From contig CACMAF010000003.1 in NCBI GenBank assembly GCA_902611645.1, forward strand, positions 10,072 through 74,071: 64,000 nucleotides of DNA. Direction: 5' to 3'. Shown here one piece after another: positions 31,916 to 43,375 of the stretch. Numbering within the stretch: the stretch's first letter is position 1; every line of letters starts with the position of its first letter. The translations under genes and the position numbers were made by a program. The DNA comes from an uncultured SAR86 cluster bacterium (GTDB taxonomy: Bacteria > Pseudomonadota > Gammaproteobacteria > Magnimaribacterales > Magnimaribacteraceae). Under the pieces are notes generated by a model that was not told the origin of the DNA, did no database searches, and saw nothing but the letters and a program-made list of their open reading frames with translations.

Positions 31916-34659
31916 AGAAAAACTACGAGCCGAGTTCTACTGAAACAGAAATTTACGAGAATTGGGAAAAATCAGACCTCTTTAAAGCTCAACCTGACGA
32001 ATCAAAAGAATCCTTTTGCATCATGATTCCTCCACCCAATGTTACTGGAACACTTCATATGGGTCATGGGTTTCAAAATACTCTAATGGATGCACTTATT
32101 CGCCACAAAAGAATGTCGGGATTCGATACACTCTGGCAAGTGGGCGTAGATCATGCCGGAATAGCAACTCAAATGGTTGTAGAAAGACAACTTGAAGCAG
32201 AAGGATTATCTAGAGAGGAGATCGGTAGAGATGAATTTGAAAAAAAAGTATGGCTTTGGAAGGAAAAATCAGGAAATAAGATAACACAACAACTGAGAAG
32301 ACTAGGCGCTTCGGTTGACTGGTCAAGAGAAGCTTTCACCATGAGCGATGATTTAAGCACAGCAGTTAAGGAGGTATTCATAGAACTTTATGACCAAGGA
32401 TTAATATATAAAGGAGAAAGACTGGTTAATTGGGATACAGTACTTGAGACTGCCTTGTCAGATCTTGAGGTTTCATCTGAAGAAGAAAATGGATCTCTTT
32501 GGTATATTGATTACTTTACTTCAGATAGTGAAAAATTAACTGTTGCAACAACTAGACCGGAAACATTGCTTGGAGATACAGCTCTAGCAGTAAATCCTGA
32601 AGATGAAAGGTATAAGGGACAGATAGGAAAAATGGCACTTTTGCCAATTGTGAATAGAGAAATACCTATCATTGCTGATAGTTATGTTGAATCAGAATTT
32701 GGGACTGGTTGTGTGAAGATTACACCTGCACATGATTTCAATGATTTTGAGATGGGCAAAAGACATGGACTTGAAGTGATCAATATCTTAAATTTTGATG
32801 GCACTCTAAATGACAAAGTTCCAGATAAATATCAAAACTTAAATACTGAAGACGCAAGAAAACTTATCCTAGAAGACCTTAATACAATTGGTCAACTGAA
32901 TAAGACTGAGCCTTATAAAGTCCAGATCCCAAGGAGTGAAAGAAGTAATTCTATCCTTCAACCTTTGTTGACTAATCAGTGGTTCGTTAATGTTGAAAAA
33001 CTTTCCCAAGAAGCTATCAGAGTTGTAAAGGAAAATGAGACAGAGTTTATACCTAAGAACTGGGAAAATACCTATTTTGCTTGGATGAAAGATATACAGG
33101 ATTGGTGTATCAGTAGGCAGTTGTGGTGGGGACATAGAATACCAGCCTGGTTTGATATGGATGGTAATTTGTATGTTGGGGAATCTGAGAAAGCCGTAAG
33201 AGAAAAATATAATCTCGATAATATAGAATTGAAACAAGACGAGGATGTTCTGGATACTTGGTTTTCTTCTGCTTTGTGGACGTTTTCAACTCTTGGATGG
33301 CCAAAAAAAGAGAACTTACTTTCAAGATATCATCCTACAAGTGTCTTAGTGACGGGGTTTGATATCATTTTCTTTTGGGTAGCAAGAATGATAATGATGA
33401 CTACTCATTTCATCAATGAAGTACCCTTCAGGAAAATATTAATTCATGGTCTTATAAAAGATTCAGAAGGCCAAAAGATGTCTAAATCTAAAGGTAATAC
33501 TTTGGATCCTTTGGACATCATAGATGGAATTAACTTAGATGACTTAATCAAGAAGAGAACTGAAGGGTTGATGCAACCAAAAATGAAGGATCGGATCATA
33601 AAACAAACCAAAAAAGAATTTCCGAATGGTATCGAAGCTTATGGAACTGACGCATTAAGACTAACTTTCTGCTCGCTAGCGACGGGTGGGAGGGATATCA
33701 ATTTCGATATTAAAAGAGTAGAAGGTTACAGAAACTTTTGTAACAAGCTTTGGAATGCGGCCAGATTTATAGATTTAAATATTGATAACTATGGTATTTC
33801 CAAAAAGAGAAGTGAAAGTTCAATTGATTTCTGGATCGACTATAAATTCAATAAAACGGTAAAGAAAGTAGACAAATCAATGAATGAATTTAGGTTTGAT
33901 TTGGCCACTAAAGCTATCTATGAATTTATATGGTACGAATTTTGTGATTGGTTCATAGAGCTTCAGAAAATAAGTCTCAGAAAAAATGACATGAATAAAG
34001 CAGAGATTGTTAGGTCTTTGGTCGATATTCTTGAAAAAACTCTAAGACTTGCACATCCAATCATGCCTTTCATAACGGAAGAAATTTGGAAACAATTTAA
34101 GGCGCATCATAATTCAATCCATGAAAGCATAATGATATCTGAATACCCATTAGGTTCAGAAAATACTTCGGAACGAGACTACCAATCAGTAGAATGGCTC
34201 AAAGATATTGTATCTGGGATAAGAAATATACGTGGCGAGCTTCTTATCAAACCTTCAATTAAAATTTCTTCAATCTTTAAGGGAGGAGATCAATTAGATA
34301 AGGAAAACTTAAATGAAATTGGTAGTTATATAGAAAAGCTATGTGGTCTCAAAGAGATTATTTGGGCTGAAGAGAGTTCTCAAGACATTCCTTCATCAAT
34401 GTTTACTCGAGACAATCTAAAAGTAATGATACCCCTTGAAGGACTCATAGACGCAAAGGAAGAAATGCAAAGGCTCAATAAAAAAATATCTAAACTTATT
34501 CAAGAAAAGGAAATGTTAGGTAGTAAACTTTCTAATCAGAGCTTTGTTGAAAATGCTCCAAAAGATTTAGTGGAGGCTCAAAAAGATAGATTTTTTGTTT
34601 TATCTAAAGAACTAGAAAATCTTGACTTGCAAATAAAAGAAATTAAAAAAATGATTTAG
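31912..34659 (+). CDS. valS: Valine--tRNA ligase
   Basis: PPPNVTGTLHMGH, DWCISRQLWWGH, KMSKS, C-terminal coiled coil. Confidence 0.99.
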   Translation: MKKNYEPSSTETEIYENWEKSDLFKAQPDESKESFCIMIPPPNVTGTLHMGHGFQNTLMDALIRHKRMSGFDTLWQVGVDHAGIATQMVVERQLEAEGLSREEIGRDEFEKKVWLWKEKSGNKITQQLRRLGASVDWSREAFTMSDDLSTAVKEVFIELYDQGLIYKGERLVNWDTVLETALSDLEVSSEEENGSLWYIDYFTSDSEKLTVATTRPETLLGDTALAVNPEDERYKGQIGKMALLPIVNREIPIIADSYVESEFGTGCVKITPAHDFNDFEMGKRHGLEVINILNFDGTLNDKVPDKYQNLNTEDARKLILEDLNTIGQLNKTEPYKVQIPRSERSNSILQPLLTNQWFVNVEKLSQEAIRVVKENETEFIPKNWENTYFAWMKDIQDWCISRQLWWGHRIPAWFDMDGNLYVGESEKAVREKYNLDNIELKQDEDVLDTWFSSALWTFSTLGWPKKENLLSRYHPTSVLVTGFDIIFFWVARMIMMTTHFINEVPFRKILIHGLIKDSEGQKMSKSKGNTLDPLDIIDGINLDDLIKKRTEGLMQPKMKDRIIKQTKKEFPNGIEAYGTDALRLTFCSLATGGRDINFDIKRVEGYRNFCNKLWNAARFIDLNIDNYGISKKRSESSIDFWIDYKFNKTVKKVDKSMNEFRFDLATKAIYEFIWYEFCDWFIELQKISLRKNDMNKAEIVRSLVDILEKTLRLAHPIMPFITEEIWKQFKAHHNSIHESIMISEYPLGSENTSERDYQSVEWLKDIVSGIRNIRGELLIKPSIKISSIFKGGDQLDKENLNEIGSYIEKLCGLKEIIWAEESSQDIPSSMFTRDNLKVMIPLEGLIDAKEEMQRLNKKISKLIQEKEMLGSKLSNQSFVENAPKDLVEAQKDRFFVLSKELENLDLQIKEIKKMI

Positions 34660-34694
34660 GGTTTATGAAATCATTTTGGTTATAATTTACCATT

Positions 34695-35081
34695 ATGTTT
34701 TTCAGAGCTCTAATAACAAGCTTCATTATATCGAGCCTATTCACTGGGCTAATTTTCTCTATCGGGGATCTTACTTTTGGGGGCAGTCTTATGTACCAAG
34801 CTCTTGTGACGTTCTGGAGCATTGGATTTCTTTCAATTATTTGTTTTATATATGGAAGAAAAATAAAGAGAAATTTTAGAGGAGAAACTGGAACCATAAA
34901 ATGGTTTGATCCAAGTAAAGGATACGGGTTTTTAATTCGAGACAAAGGTGGGGATTTATTCGTTCATCTTAGGGCTGTTCAAAATCAAGACAGGAGAAAA
35001 CTCAAAGAAAATACTAGGGTAAGATTTTCTGTTGAGGAAACAGAAAAAGGGCCTCAAGCTGAAAATATCAGAATAATCTAA
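34695..35081 (+). CDS. Cold-shock domain protein with two N-terminal TM helices
   Basis: Hydrophobic residues 1-53, then GTIKWF, RNP1 KGYGFL, RNP2 LFVHL, KGPQAENI. Confidence 0.9.
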   Translation: MFFRALITSFIISSLFTGLIFSIGDLTFGGSLMYQALVTFWSIGFLSIICFIYGRKIKRNFRGETGTIKWFDPSKGYGFLIRDKGGDLFVHLRAVQNQDRRKLKENTRVRFSVEETEKGPQAENIRII

Positions 35082-36268
35082 AATAGTCTCTCCAAAAACC
35101 AATATGTTCCCAAGCAGGACAAAGCTGATGCAGCACAAACTCTTATTGTGTTTATACTCTCTCTGATGAACTTAGTTATCTGATAAAGAATTAGATAAAC
35201 AACTAAAACTATCAAAAGTTGTCCGAGCTCAACTCCAATATTAAACCCTGCGATTGCAGGTAAAAGCCTACCCTCCATCATGCCGATAGATGATAAATTT
35301 CCCGCAAACCCAAATCCATGTATTAGTCCGAAAAAAGAAGTTACAAGTAAGGTTATTGAAGAGCCTGGATGTCTTCTTACAAGATTTAAGTAACAAAAAG
35401 AAAATATGCTTATACCTACCAAACCAATTATGAATTTTTGTAATCCAAAAAAAGCCAAAAAGATAACAAGAGATGAAGAAAAATAAATCAACAATCTTCC
35501 ATATAGGCTGTGATTATGAGTAACTGAGGCAATACACTCTAAAGCTATAATGACTATGGAATATCCAATTAAAGCTTCAACAAATTGCGAGGAAGGTGTG
35601 ACTAAACCCAAAGCCCCTAATGCTAAAGTGATGCTATGGCCAATTGTAAAACCCGTAATTACTATGATTAAATTCTTTAAGGCAAAACCTAGAATTAATA
35701 TTGCAAAAAGGAATGCTAAATGGTCATATCCAGACAATATATGGTTGAATCCAAGTTCAAGATAATCTCTAAAAGAATCAAATCTTAACTCGCTTTTAGA
35801 TTCATTATCAGTTTCTTTCCACTCCCTTCTAGAAGATGTGAAAACCTTTTCAGGACTAGCTACAGAATTAATGTAAAAAGTGGATATATGAGTATGAGTC
35901 GGATCTTCATCAAAAAAGAGCTCAAAATTTATTGTGGATTCTTCAAGTTCACACTCCATCGTCCAGAGCAAAGTTAAGTAACCTGTAGAAAAAGAATTTT
36001 TCAAAAAAGGTGTCTTAGAGAGATTGCAATTTTTATTAAAATTAAAATTATCTAAAACTTTATTTGTAAGTTCTTCCTCCCAGTTTTCAGTAAAATTTAA
36101 ATTTAGCCTTTGTAATACTGATGTTTGAATACTAAATTCTACTTCAATAGATTTTGATTCAGCAGTAGAGTCTATATTGATCTTAGAATAAGACTCACTT
36201 CTTTGATGCGAGAATAATACTGTACTCAATAAACAAGTTATTAAACCTATTGATAAAAGTTTCGACAT
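35078..36268 (-). CDS. HupE/UreJ-like membrane protein with N-terminal periplasmic domain
   Basis: Signal peptide then His; GFNHILSGYDHLAF, FTIGHSITL, FGLIHGFGFA, FNIGVELGQ motifs. Confidence 0.85.
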   Translation of the reverse strand: MSKLLSIGLITCLLSTVLFSHQRSESYSKINIDSTAESKSIEVEFSIQTSVLQRLNLNFTENWEEELTNKVLDNFNFNKNCNLSKTPFLKNSFSTGYLTLLWTMECELEESTINFELFFDEDPTHTHISTFYINSVASPEKVFTSSRREWKETDNESKSELRFDSFRDYLELGFNHILSGYDHLAFLFAILILGFALKNLIIVITGFTIGHSITLALGALGLVTPSSQFVEALIGYSIVIIALECIASVTHNHSLYGRLLIYFSSSLVIFLAFFGLQKFIIGLVGISIFSFCYLNLVRRHPGSSITLLVTSFFGLIHGFGFAGNLSSIGMMEGRLLPAIAGFNIGVELGQLLIVLVVYLILYQITKFIRESINTIRVCAASALSCLGTYWFLERLF

Positions 36269-37126
36269 TTATTCAGGTAAGTTCCTTGAAATATCGTACC
36301 AATTCTTGAGATTCTCTAAATATTCTCTCAAGGAATTATCATCTCTCCTTTTTGAATATTCTGCCAAAACCACATCTCTAATTTGATCCAAGTTTGGCTG
36401 TCCTGCCAACTCTTTTTCCAATAAGAAGATTATTTTATAACCGCCAGGAACCTTGATTGGTTGACTGAATGTACCAGGTTGTAAATTCCTAGCTAAATTC
36501 ATGAGGCTGGGCCCAATATACTCTCTTACTTTTGATAATGTCATTAAACTATTTGGAATTTTCAAAGCAGAGTCACTCCCTAAATTGGATACCTCAACAA
36601 AACTGCTACCAGAAATTAAAAGGTCATAAGCTCGAGTTGCATCTTCAAAGGATGAGTTTTCGACCCCTTCATCAGAGAAATAAAGCTGTTGAATTCTTAA
36701 CTTTGATGATTTGGTGAAAAACCCTATATTCTCTTCAAAAAATTTATTTAATTCTTTATCAGATACTTCATATCTCATATTTTCTGCAATGATAGTCTTT
36801 ATCATCTGCTGAACAATTGTTCCTCTTGCTATAGGATTATTTTCAAGCATTCCAAGGTCTAAAGCCCGTTTAATTAAAAGTTCCTCTTCTATCATTCGCT
36901 CAAGAACATATTCTTTATCTTTTTGCGATATGGGTGATTTCTTGTCTTTTGCAAGACCTTCAAGTTGGACTAAATATTTCTCCATAGAAATTGAAGTATC
37001 TTCGATTTTCGCAGCATATTTGAAATTTGTAATATTAGATTCTTGAATAATAGAAAGCCCTGCTAGTAAAGCTCCAACAAATAAGCCTGTAGACAAAACT
37101 AAAGTGTAGAGCTTTTCTTTATCCAT
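36269..37126 (-). CDS. Membrane-anchored SurA/PpiC (parvulin)-like chaperone
   Basis: N-terminal TM, LERMIEEELL..RA..LG helical domain, parvulin-like C-terminal domain (FSQPIKVPGGYKII). Confidence 0.8.
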   Translation of the reverse strand: MDKEKLYTLVLSTGLFVGALLAGLSIIQESNITNFKYAAKIEDTSISMEKYLVQLEGLAKDKKSPISQKDKEYVLERMIEEELLIKRALDLGMLENNPIARGTIVQQMIKTIIAENMRYEVSDKELNKFFEENIGFFTKSSKLRIQQLYFSDEGVENSSFEDATRAYDLLISGSSFVEVSNLGSDSALKIPNSLMTLSKVREYIGPSLMNLARNLQPGTFSQPIKVPGGYKIIFLLEKELAGQPNLDQIRDVVLAEYSKRRDDNSLREYLENLKNWYDISRNLPE

Positions 37127-37589
37127 TCCTTATCATTTGAATATGAGGAATTCCATCTTCGTCATACACTTCGCCATTTACTTTAAATCCGTGTCCTTCG
37201 TAAAATTTAATCAAATATTCTTGAGCAGAAATAGTTGATTTCTCAGTCATATAATTTTCTGAACTTCTCTTCAGGCCTTCATCAACTAATCTTGATCCAA
37301 TACTTAGACCTCTCAGACTGTCAATTACAGCAATACGTCCTATAGAAGGTGTTTTATACTTAATTCCAGGAGGAGTTAACCTTAAGTAGCCCACTAAATG
37401 TCCTTCATTTTTCAAAAGAAGATGATCACTAATTTCGTCTAATCCATCCGCATCTTGATACCAAGATTTCTGCTCTACAACAAATATGGATTGCCGAAAA
37501 CTAAGAACCTCATAAAGTTCTAACTTTGAAAGCTCATTAAAAGATTTCCAAAAACTCTGTAAATCTAAATTTTCAGAGTTCAAGGACAT
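37119..37589 (-). CDS. elaA: ElaA-family GNAT acetyltransferase
   Basis: LYEVL..R..IFVVEQ, IGRIAV, ISAQEYL..FY, YDEDGIPHI. Confidence 0.88.
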   Translation of the reverse strand: MSLNSENLDLQSFWKSFNELSKLELYEVLSFRQSIFVVEQKSWYQDADGLDEISDHLLLKNEGHLVGYLRLTPPGIKYKTPSIGRIAVIDSLRGLSIGSRLVDEGLKRSSENYMTEKSTISAQEYLIKFYEGHGFKVNGEVYDEDGIPHIQMIRNG

Positions 37590-38620
37590 ATATTTGGATT
37601 TTTTCTATGTATCAAAGATATTTGTTCTAAATCTTGATCAGATAATTTCACATCAATACTTCCAATGGCTAGCTTTAACTGTTCCATAGTGGTTGCACCG
37701 ATGATATTAGAAGTTACAAAATCTCTTGAATTCACAAAAGAATTTGCCATCACTGATGGATCCATATTTATGGAACGAGCATAATTGACATAGGATTTAA
37801 CCGCCTCATTTGCGCCGGGAACCTCATAACGATCTCCTCTTTCAAATAAAGTTGTTCGGGCTCCTTCAGGTCTAGCACCATCGATATACTTTCCTGTCAA
37901 ATAGCCTTGTGCTAGAGGGGAATACGCTAGAAGACCTACTTGTGATCTATGGTGAAATTCAGACATACCGATCTCGTAAGATCGGTTTAAAAAATTGTAG
38001 GCATTCTGAACTGATACAACTCTTGGTAAATCATACATTTCTGAAAATTTGATAAATTCCGAGAGGCCCCATGGTGTCTCATTTGATAAGCCAATGTATC
38101 TAATTTTTCCAGAGTCTACTAATTCAGAGAGTACTTTCAATGTTTCAAGTATTGGAACTGTTTCAGCTTCATAATGTTTATAACCTAAACCATCAGCACC
38201 AAACATGCTCATTCTTCTGTCAGGCCAATGTAGTTGATACAAATCAATATAGTCAGTCTGTAGTCTTTTTAAGCTAGAATCTATAGCACTTTCGATATTC
38301 TCTCTATCCAAAAGAGTCCAGTCTCCTCTAAACCAATTCATAGGCGCCCTTCCAGCTACTTTAGAAGCAAGAATTATCTCTTCTCTCTTCCCGGTTTTCT
38401 TAAACCAATTTCCTATACATTCCTCAGTCTTCCCTTGTGTATCAGGCTTCGGAGGTATTGGATAGAGTTCAGCTGTATCAAAGAAATTTACACCTTGCTC
38501 AACGGCATAATCCATCTGCTCATATCCTTCCTCAAAAGTATTCTGTTCCCCCCAAGTCATGGTACCCAGACAGATGACGCTTACATCTAAATCAGTATTT
38601 CCTAATTTTCTATACTCCAC
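37580..38620 (-). CDS. tas: Tas-like NADP(H)-dependent aldo/keto reductase
   Basis: CLGTMTWGEQN, DTAELYP, DLYQLHWP, GLSNETPWG, LLAYSPL. Confidence 0.9.
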   Translation of the reverse strand: MEYRKLGNTDLDVSVICLGTMTWGEQNTFEEGYEQMDYAVEQGVNFFDTAELYPIPPKPDTQGKTEECIGNWFKKTGKREEIILASKVAGRAPMNWFRGDWTLLDRENIESAIDSSLKRLQTDYIDLYQLHWPDRRMSMFGADGLGYKHYEAETVPILETLKVLSELVDSGKIRYIGLSNETPWGLSEFIKFSEMYDLPRVVSVQNAYNFLNRSYEIGMSEFHHRSQVGLLAYSPLAQGYLTGKYIDGARPEGARTTLFERGDRYEVPGANEAVKSYVNYARSINMDPSVMANSFVNSRDFVTSNIIGATTMEQLKLAIGSIDVKLSDQDLEQISLIHRKNPNICP

Positions 38621-38675
38621 CCTTCTCTCCTTACAAAGTTGTTATAATTAATATTATAAAAAATTAAATTCAAAA

Positions 38676-39164
38676 ATGACTAAAAACATTTACCAATTTT
38701 CCTGTGAGGACTCATCTGGTCAAAACGTAGACTTAAGCGATTTCAGAGGAAAAACCTTGCTGATAGTTAATACTGCCAGCCAGTGCGGCTTTACACCTCA
38801 ATATAAAGGCCTAGAACAACTTCAAAATAAATTTTCGAATGAGGAATTTTCTGTTTTGGCCTTCCCTTGTAATCAATTTGGCGGTCAAGAGCCCGGGACT
38901 AATCAAGAAATTGTTGAATTTTGCAGCTTAAATTATGGAAGTACTTTTCCAATCTTTAGCAAAATTGACGTAAATGGAGACAATGCCCATCCTTTGTACA
39001 AATTTTTAACTACTGAAAAGAAAGGTCTACTTGGAACGGAAAAAATTAAATGGAACTTCACCAAATTCCTTGTCAATAAAGATGGTGAACCTGTGAATCG
39101 ATACGGATCTTCAACAACGCCAGAGCAGATAGAGACTGATATTGAAAAGTTGATTAACTCTTAG
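38676..39164 (+). CDS. Glutathione peroxidase family protein (Cys type)
   Basis: VNTASQCGFTPQY, FPCNQFGGQEPG, KWNFTKFL. Confidence 0.95.
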   Translation: MTKNIYQFSCEDSSGQNVDLSDFRGKTLLIVNTASQCGFTPQYKGLEQLQNKFSNEEFSVLAFPCNQFGGQEPGTNQEIVEFCSLNYGSTFPIFSKIDVNGDNAHPLYKFLTTEKKGLLGTEKIKWNFTKFLVNKDGEPVNRYGSSTTPEQIETDIEKLINS

Positions 39165-39630
39165 AAAAAAATAAATTACTTACAAAACCCTTTTTGAGTG
39201 TCTTGGACATCACATAAGCATCCTCTCTGCCTTCAGGAAGCCTATAATATTTTTTCCTCTCACCAATCTCAAGAAATCCTAGTTTCTCATAAAGTCTATA
39301 AGCTATTTTATTTGAGACCCTTACTTCAAGAATTATTTTCTTGCTTCCCATCACTTCAGCAGCAATTATCATTTTTTTTAATATTCTCTCTCCGTAACCA
39401 GATCTTCTAAAATCTTTATTAACACCTATATTAAGAAGATGTGACTCTTCAGATGAAATAGCCATAATAGCGAATCCTACCAGCCTCTCATTCTCCTCAA
39501 GAACCAAAGAGTAATAACCTTTCTCTAAGCAGTCAGTGAAGTTTCTTTCTGTCCAAGGGAAAGGATTAGATTCTCTCTCTATTTCGAGAACTGAATCCAA
39601 GTGGCTAAAATCTAAATAGGAGTAGTCCAT
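39154..39630 (-). CDS. rimI: Ribosomal-protein-alanine N-acetyltransferase
   Basis: IE....FPW, HLLNIGV, LEVRVSN, LYEKLGF, RKKYY...EDA. Confidence 0.92.
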   Translation of the reverse strand: MDYSYLDFSHLDSVLEIERESNPFPWTERNFTDCLEKGYYSLVLEENERLVGFAIMAISSEESHLLNIGVNKDFRRSGYGERILKKMIIAAEVMGSKKIILEVRVSNKIAYRLYEKLGFLEIGERKKYYRLPEGREDAYVMSKTLKKGFVSNLFFSKS

Positions 39631-39639
39631 AAAATATTT

Positions 39640-40041
39640 TTATAAATTTAAAGCTTTTAACTTATTCAAAAATAGCTTTTTAGACTCTTTTGATGAACAT
39701 ATTTCTGCCATAGAATCATAAGATGATATTTTAGAATTTATAAATTGCTCGGAATATGATGGAAGATCTGTTCCAAAAACTAGGATGTTGTTTATTAATT
39801 CTGGATTTTCTAGTTTATTTATTTTAAGTGGTTCATTTTTTCCAATAGACTTAGCAAGCGTCCTTAAAAAAAATATTTTATCCTCCTTTGAAGCTTGCTC
39901 GTCTTTTTTTCCAAGACACAGAATGCAATTTCTGTCGATTAAATAGACTTCATCTTGAAAAATAATAGCCTCTTGCTCAGATCTTTTTTTCCATATATCT
40001 ATACCCAGCTCTTGGAGTTTTTGGTATTTTGATAAAACCAT
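39640..40041 (-). CDS. Putative divergent DNA polymerase III psi subunit (HolD-like), 133 aa from the ATG at 40041
   Basis: N-terminal QKLQELGIDIW..R resembles the psi LQQLGITQW peptide; SKK.F tail; directly upstream of rimI like holD. Confidence 0.55.
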   Translation of the reverse strand: MVLSKYQKLQELGIDIWKKRSEQEAIIFQDEVYLIDRNCILCLGKKDEQASKEDKIFFLRTLAKSIGKNEPLKINKLENPELINNILVFGTDLPSYSEQFINSKISSYDSMAEICSSKESKKLFLNKLKALNL

Positions 40042-40078
40042 ATTTAGTAATTTTACTATTTGGAAAAAAAGACTCAAC

Positions 40079-40107
40079 TTGACCTTAATTGCTTGCAAAT
40101 ATAAGCT
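40079..40107 (+). promoter_or_regulatory. Candidate sigma70 promoter of the leuA leader
   Basis: TTGACC-17 bp-TAAGCT, then 7 GC-rich nt and the ATG at 40115. Confidence 0.55.
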
Positions 40108-40114
40108 AGCGCCG

Positions 40115-40183
40115 ATGATTTTAGTCGCTAAAAAAAATATTCAGCTACGACTGATTATCCCGGTCTCTTTTTTTAAGAGTTAA
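40115..40183 (+). other. Putative leaderless leader peptide of leuA (MILVAKKNIQLRLIIPVSFFKS)
   Basis: 9 of 22 codons are Ile/Leu/Val; starts at the predicted +1; overlaps hairpins. Confidence 0.45.
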
Positions 40184-40196
40184 CCGGGCTTTACTT
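40159..40196 (+). promoter_or_regulatory. Attenuator-like hairpin in the leuA leader
   Basis: CCCGGT-CTCTT...AAGAG-TTA-ACCGGG followed by CTTTACTT. Confidence 0.5.
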
Positions 40197-40206
40197 CGTG
40201 CTTTAA

Positions 40207-41925
<1,719 letters not shown>

Positions 41926-41976
41926 TAGCTCAAAACTATAATATGATCTAGGAATTTATCATTTCTAGGGGAGTTC

Positions 41977-43371
41977 ATGCGTACTGCGACAGTTCAGCGA
42001 AATACAATATTTGCTTATGGAGGGCTTGCAACTCCTTTAGCAATGATTGGCTATCCAATAGCAATCTGGCTAATTCCCTTTTATTCTGAGGTTGTAGGCA
42101 TTCCTCTTTATATCATTGCCAATCTTCTTTTAATTGCAAGGTTCACAGATGTTATTACTGATCCAATTCTTGGGCAATTAGGTGATTCTACTAGGACTTC
42201 AATTGGAAGAAGAAAGCCTTGGATTATATTAGGCGTACCTTTGATGATGTTGGCTATTTATAAGTTATTCATCCCTGGCTCGGAAGTCTCAATTGCCTAC
42301 TTTGTGGTTTGGATGATGCTTATGTATTTAGGTTCAACCACAATTAATATCCCTTATGGTGCATGGGGTGCTGAAATATCAACTGACTATCATCAGAGAT
42401 CAAGAGTTGTCAGCGGTAGAGAGGGATGGACTTTAATTGGTTTATTGATTTCTGCCCTTATACCTCTTGCTATAGAAGTCTCAGGACAGGGAATAGGATT
42501 CCTGGAATCAGTAAATAGGATGCTTGCAGCAATTTTTATTTTTCAAGATTTTTCTACTTCGGGAAAAATGTCAGATATTTTGGCTAGCATGGGGATTGGT
42601 ATTGTTATGTTGCTACCCATCTTTGCAGCGTGGGCGATTTGGAAAGTGCCAGACCCTATGCCAAAAGTTGAAAAAAAGATTCCTTTATTTGAAGGACTAA
42701 AATATGCTGCTGAAAATCCTTTACTAGTAAGAATTTTATTAATCATTTTCTTAGTGATTGCAGGAGAGTCGTTTAGAAATACTTTATCTCTCTGGTTTGT
42801 AAGAGATGTTATTGGAATTGAGACTGTTGGTGCTTCTTATGCAAGATACTTCATTGCGGGATTGATAGGAATTCCTTTCTGGCTTTGGCTCGGAAAAACT
42901 TTAGGTAAGCATAAGGCTTTTTGTATAACTCTTGTAGGCACCGGAACAGTTAGTTTCTTATGTTTTTTTCTTGAAAGAGGCGATTTCTCTCAGTTTCATA
43001 TCCTTTTTCTTCTCAAAGGATTCTGTTTTGGTGGCCTTCAATTCCTCCCCGCCTCTATGTTGGCAGATGTTGTTGACCTAGATTCTTTAAAAACTGGGGG
43101 GAGACGTGCTGGAACATTCTTTGCATTGAATGGAATGATAGCAAAAGTATCTGCAATGATAGCCGTTTGGGCTGCGGCTATATTAGTAGACTTTTCTGGA
43201 TTTGTACCTGGAATAATAAATTCGGACGATGCGATGCTAGCTTTAAGAATTTATTATTGCCTGGGTTGTGCCGTATTTTTCCTGCCTGCTTTATTTCTAA
43301 CTTGGTATTACCCTCTTACTAAGCAGAAACACAAAGAGCTTAGGATGGAACTTGAAAATCAGAACAAATAA
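41977..43371 (+). CDS. MFS glycoside-pentoside-hexuronide (MelB-like) cation symporter
   Basis: DVITDPILG..GD.TRTSIGRRKPW, IPYGA, SMLADVVD, YPLT. Confidence 0.85.
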   Translation: MRTATVQRNTIFAYGGLATPLAMIGYPIAIWLIPFYSEVVGIPLYIIANLLLIARFTDVITDPILGQLGDSTRTSIGRRKPWIILGVPLMMLAIYKLFIPGSEVSIAYFVVWMMLMYLGSTTINIPYGAWGAEISTDYHQRSRVVSGREGWTLIGLLISALIPLAIEVSGQGIGFLESVNRMLAAIFIFQDFSTSGKMSDILASMGIGIVMLLPIFAAWAIWKVPDPMPKVEKKIPLFEGLKYAAENPLLVRILLIIFLVIAGESFRNTLSLWFVRDVIGIETVGASYARYFIAGLIGIPFWLWLGKTLGKHKAFCITLVGTGTVSFLCFFLERGDFSQFHILFLLKGFCFGGLQFLPASMLADVVDLDSLKTGGRRAGTFFALNGMIAKVSAMIAVWAAAILVDFSGFVPGIINSDDAMLALRIYYCLGCAVFFLPALFLTWYYPLTKQKHKELRMELENQNK

Positions 43372-43375
43372 ATTT

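Noticed and set aside
38676-39164. Possible selenocysteine in the glutathione peroxidase
   Set aside because: The active-site codon is TGC (Cys) and there is no in-frame TGA
40042-40098. N-terminal extension of the psi-like ORF
   Set aside because: Overlaps the divergent promoter region; the ATG at 40041 places the conserved peptide at the N-terminus
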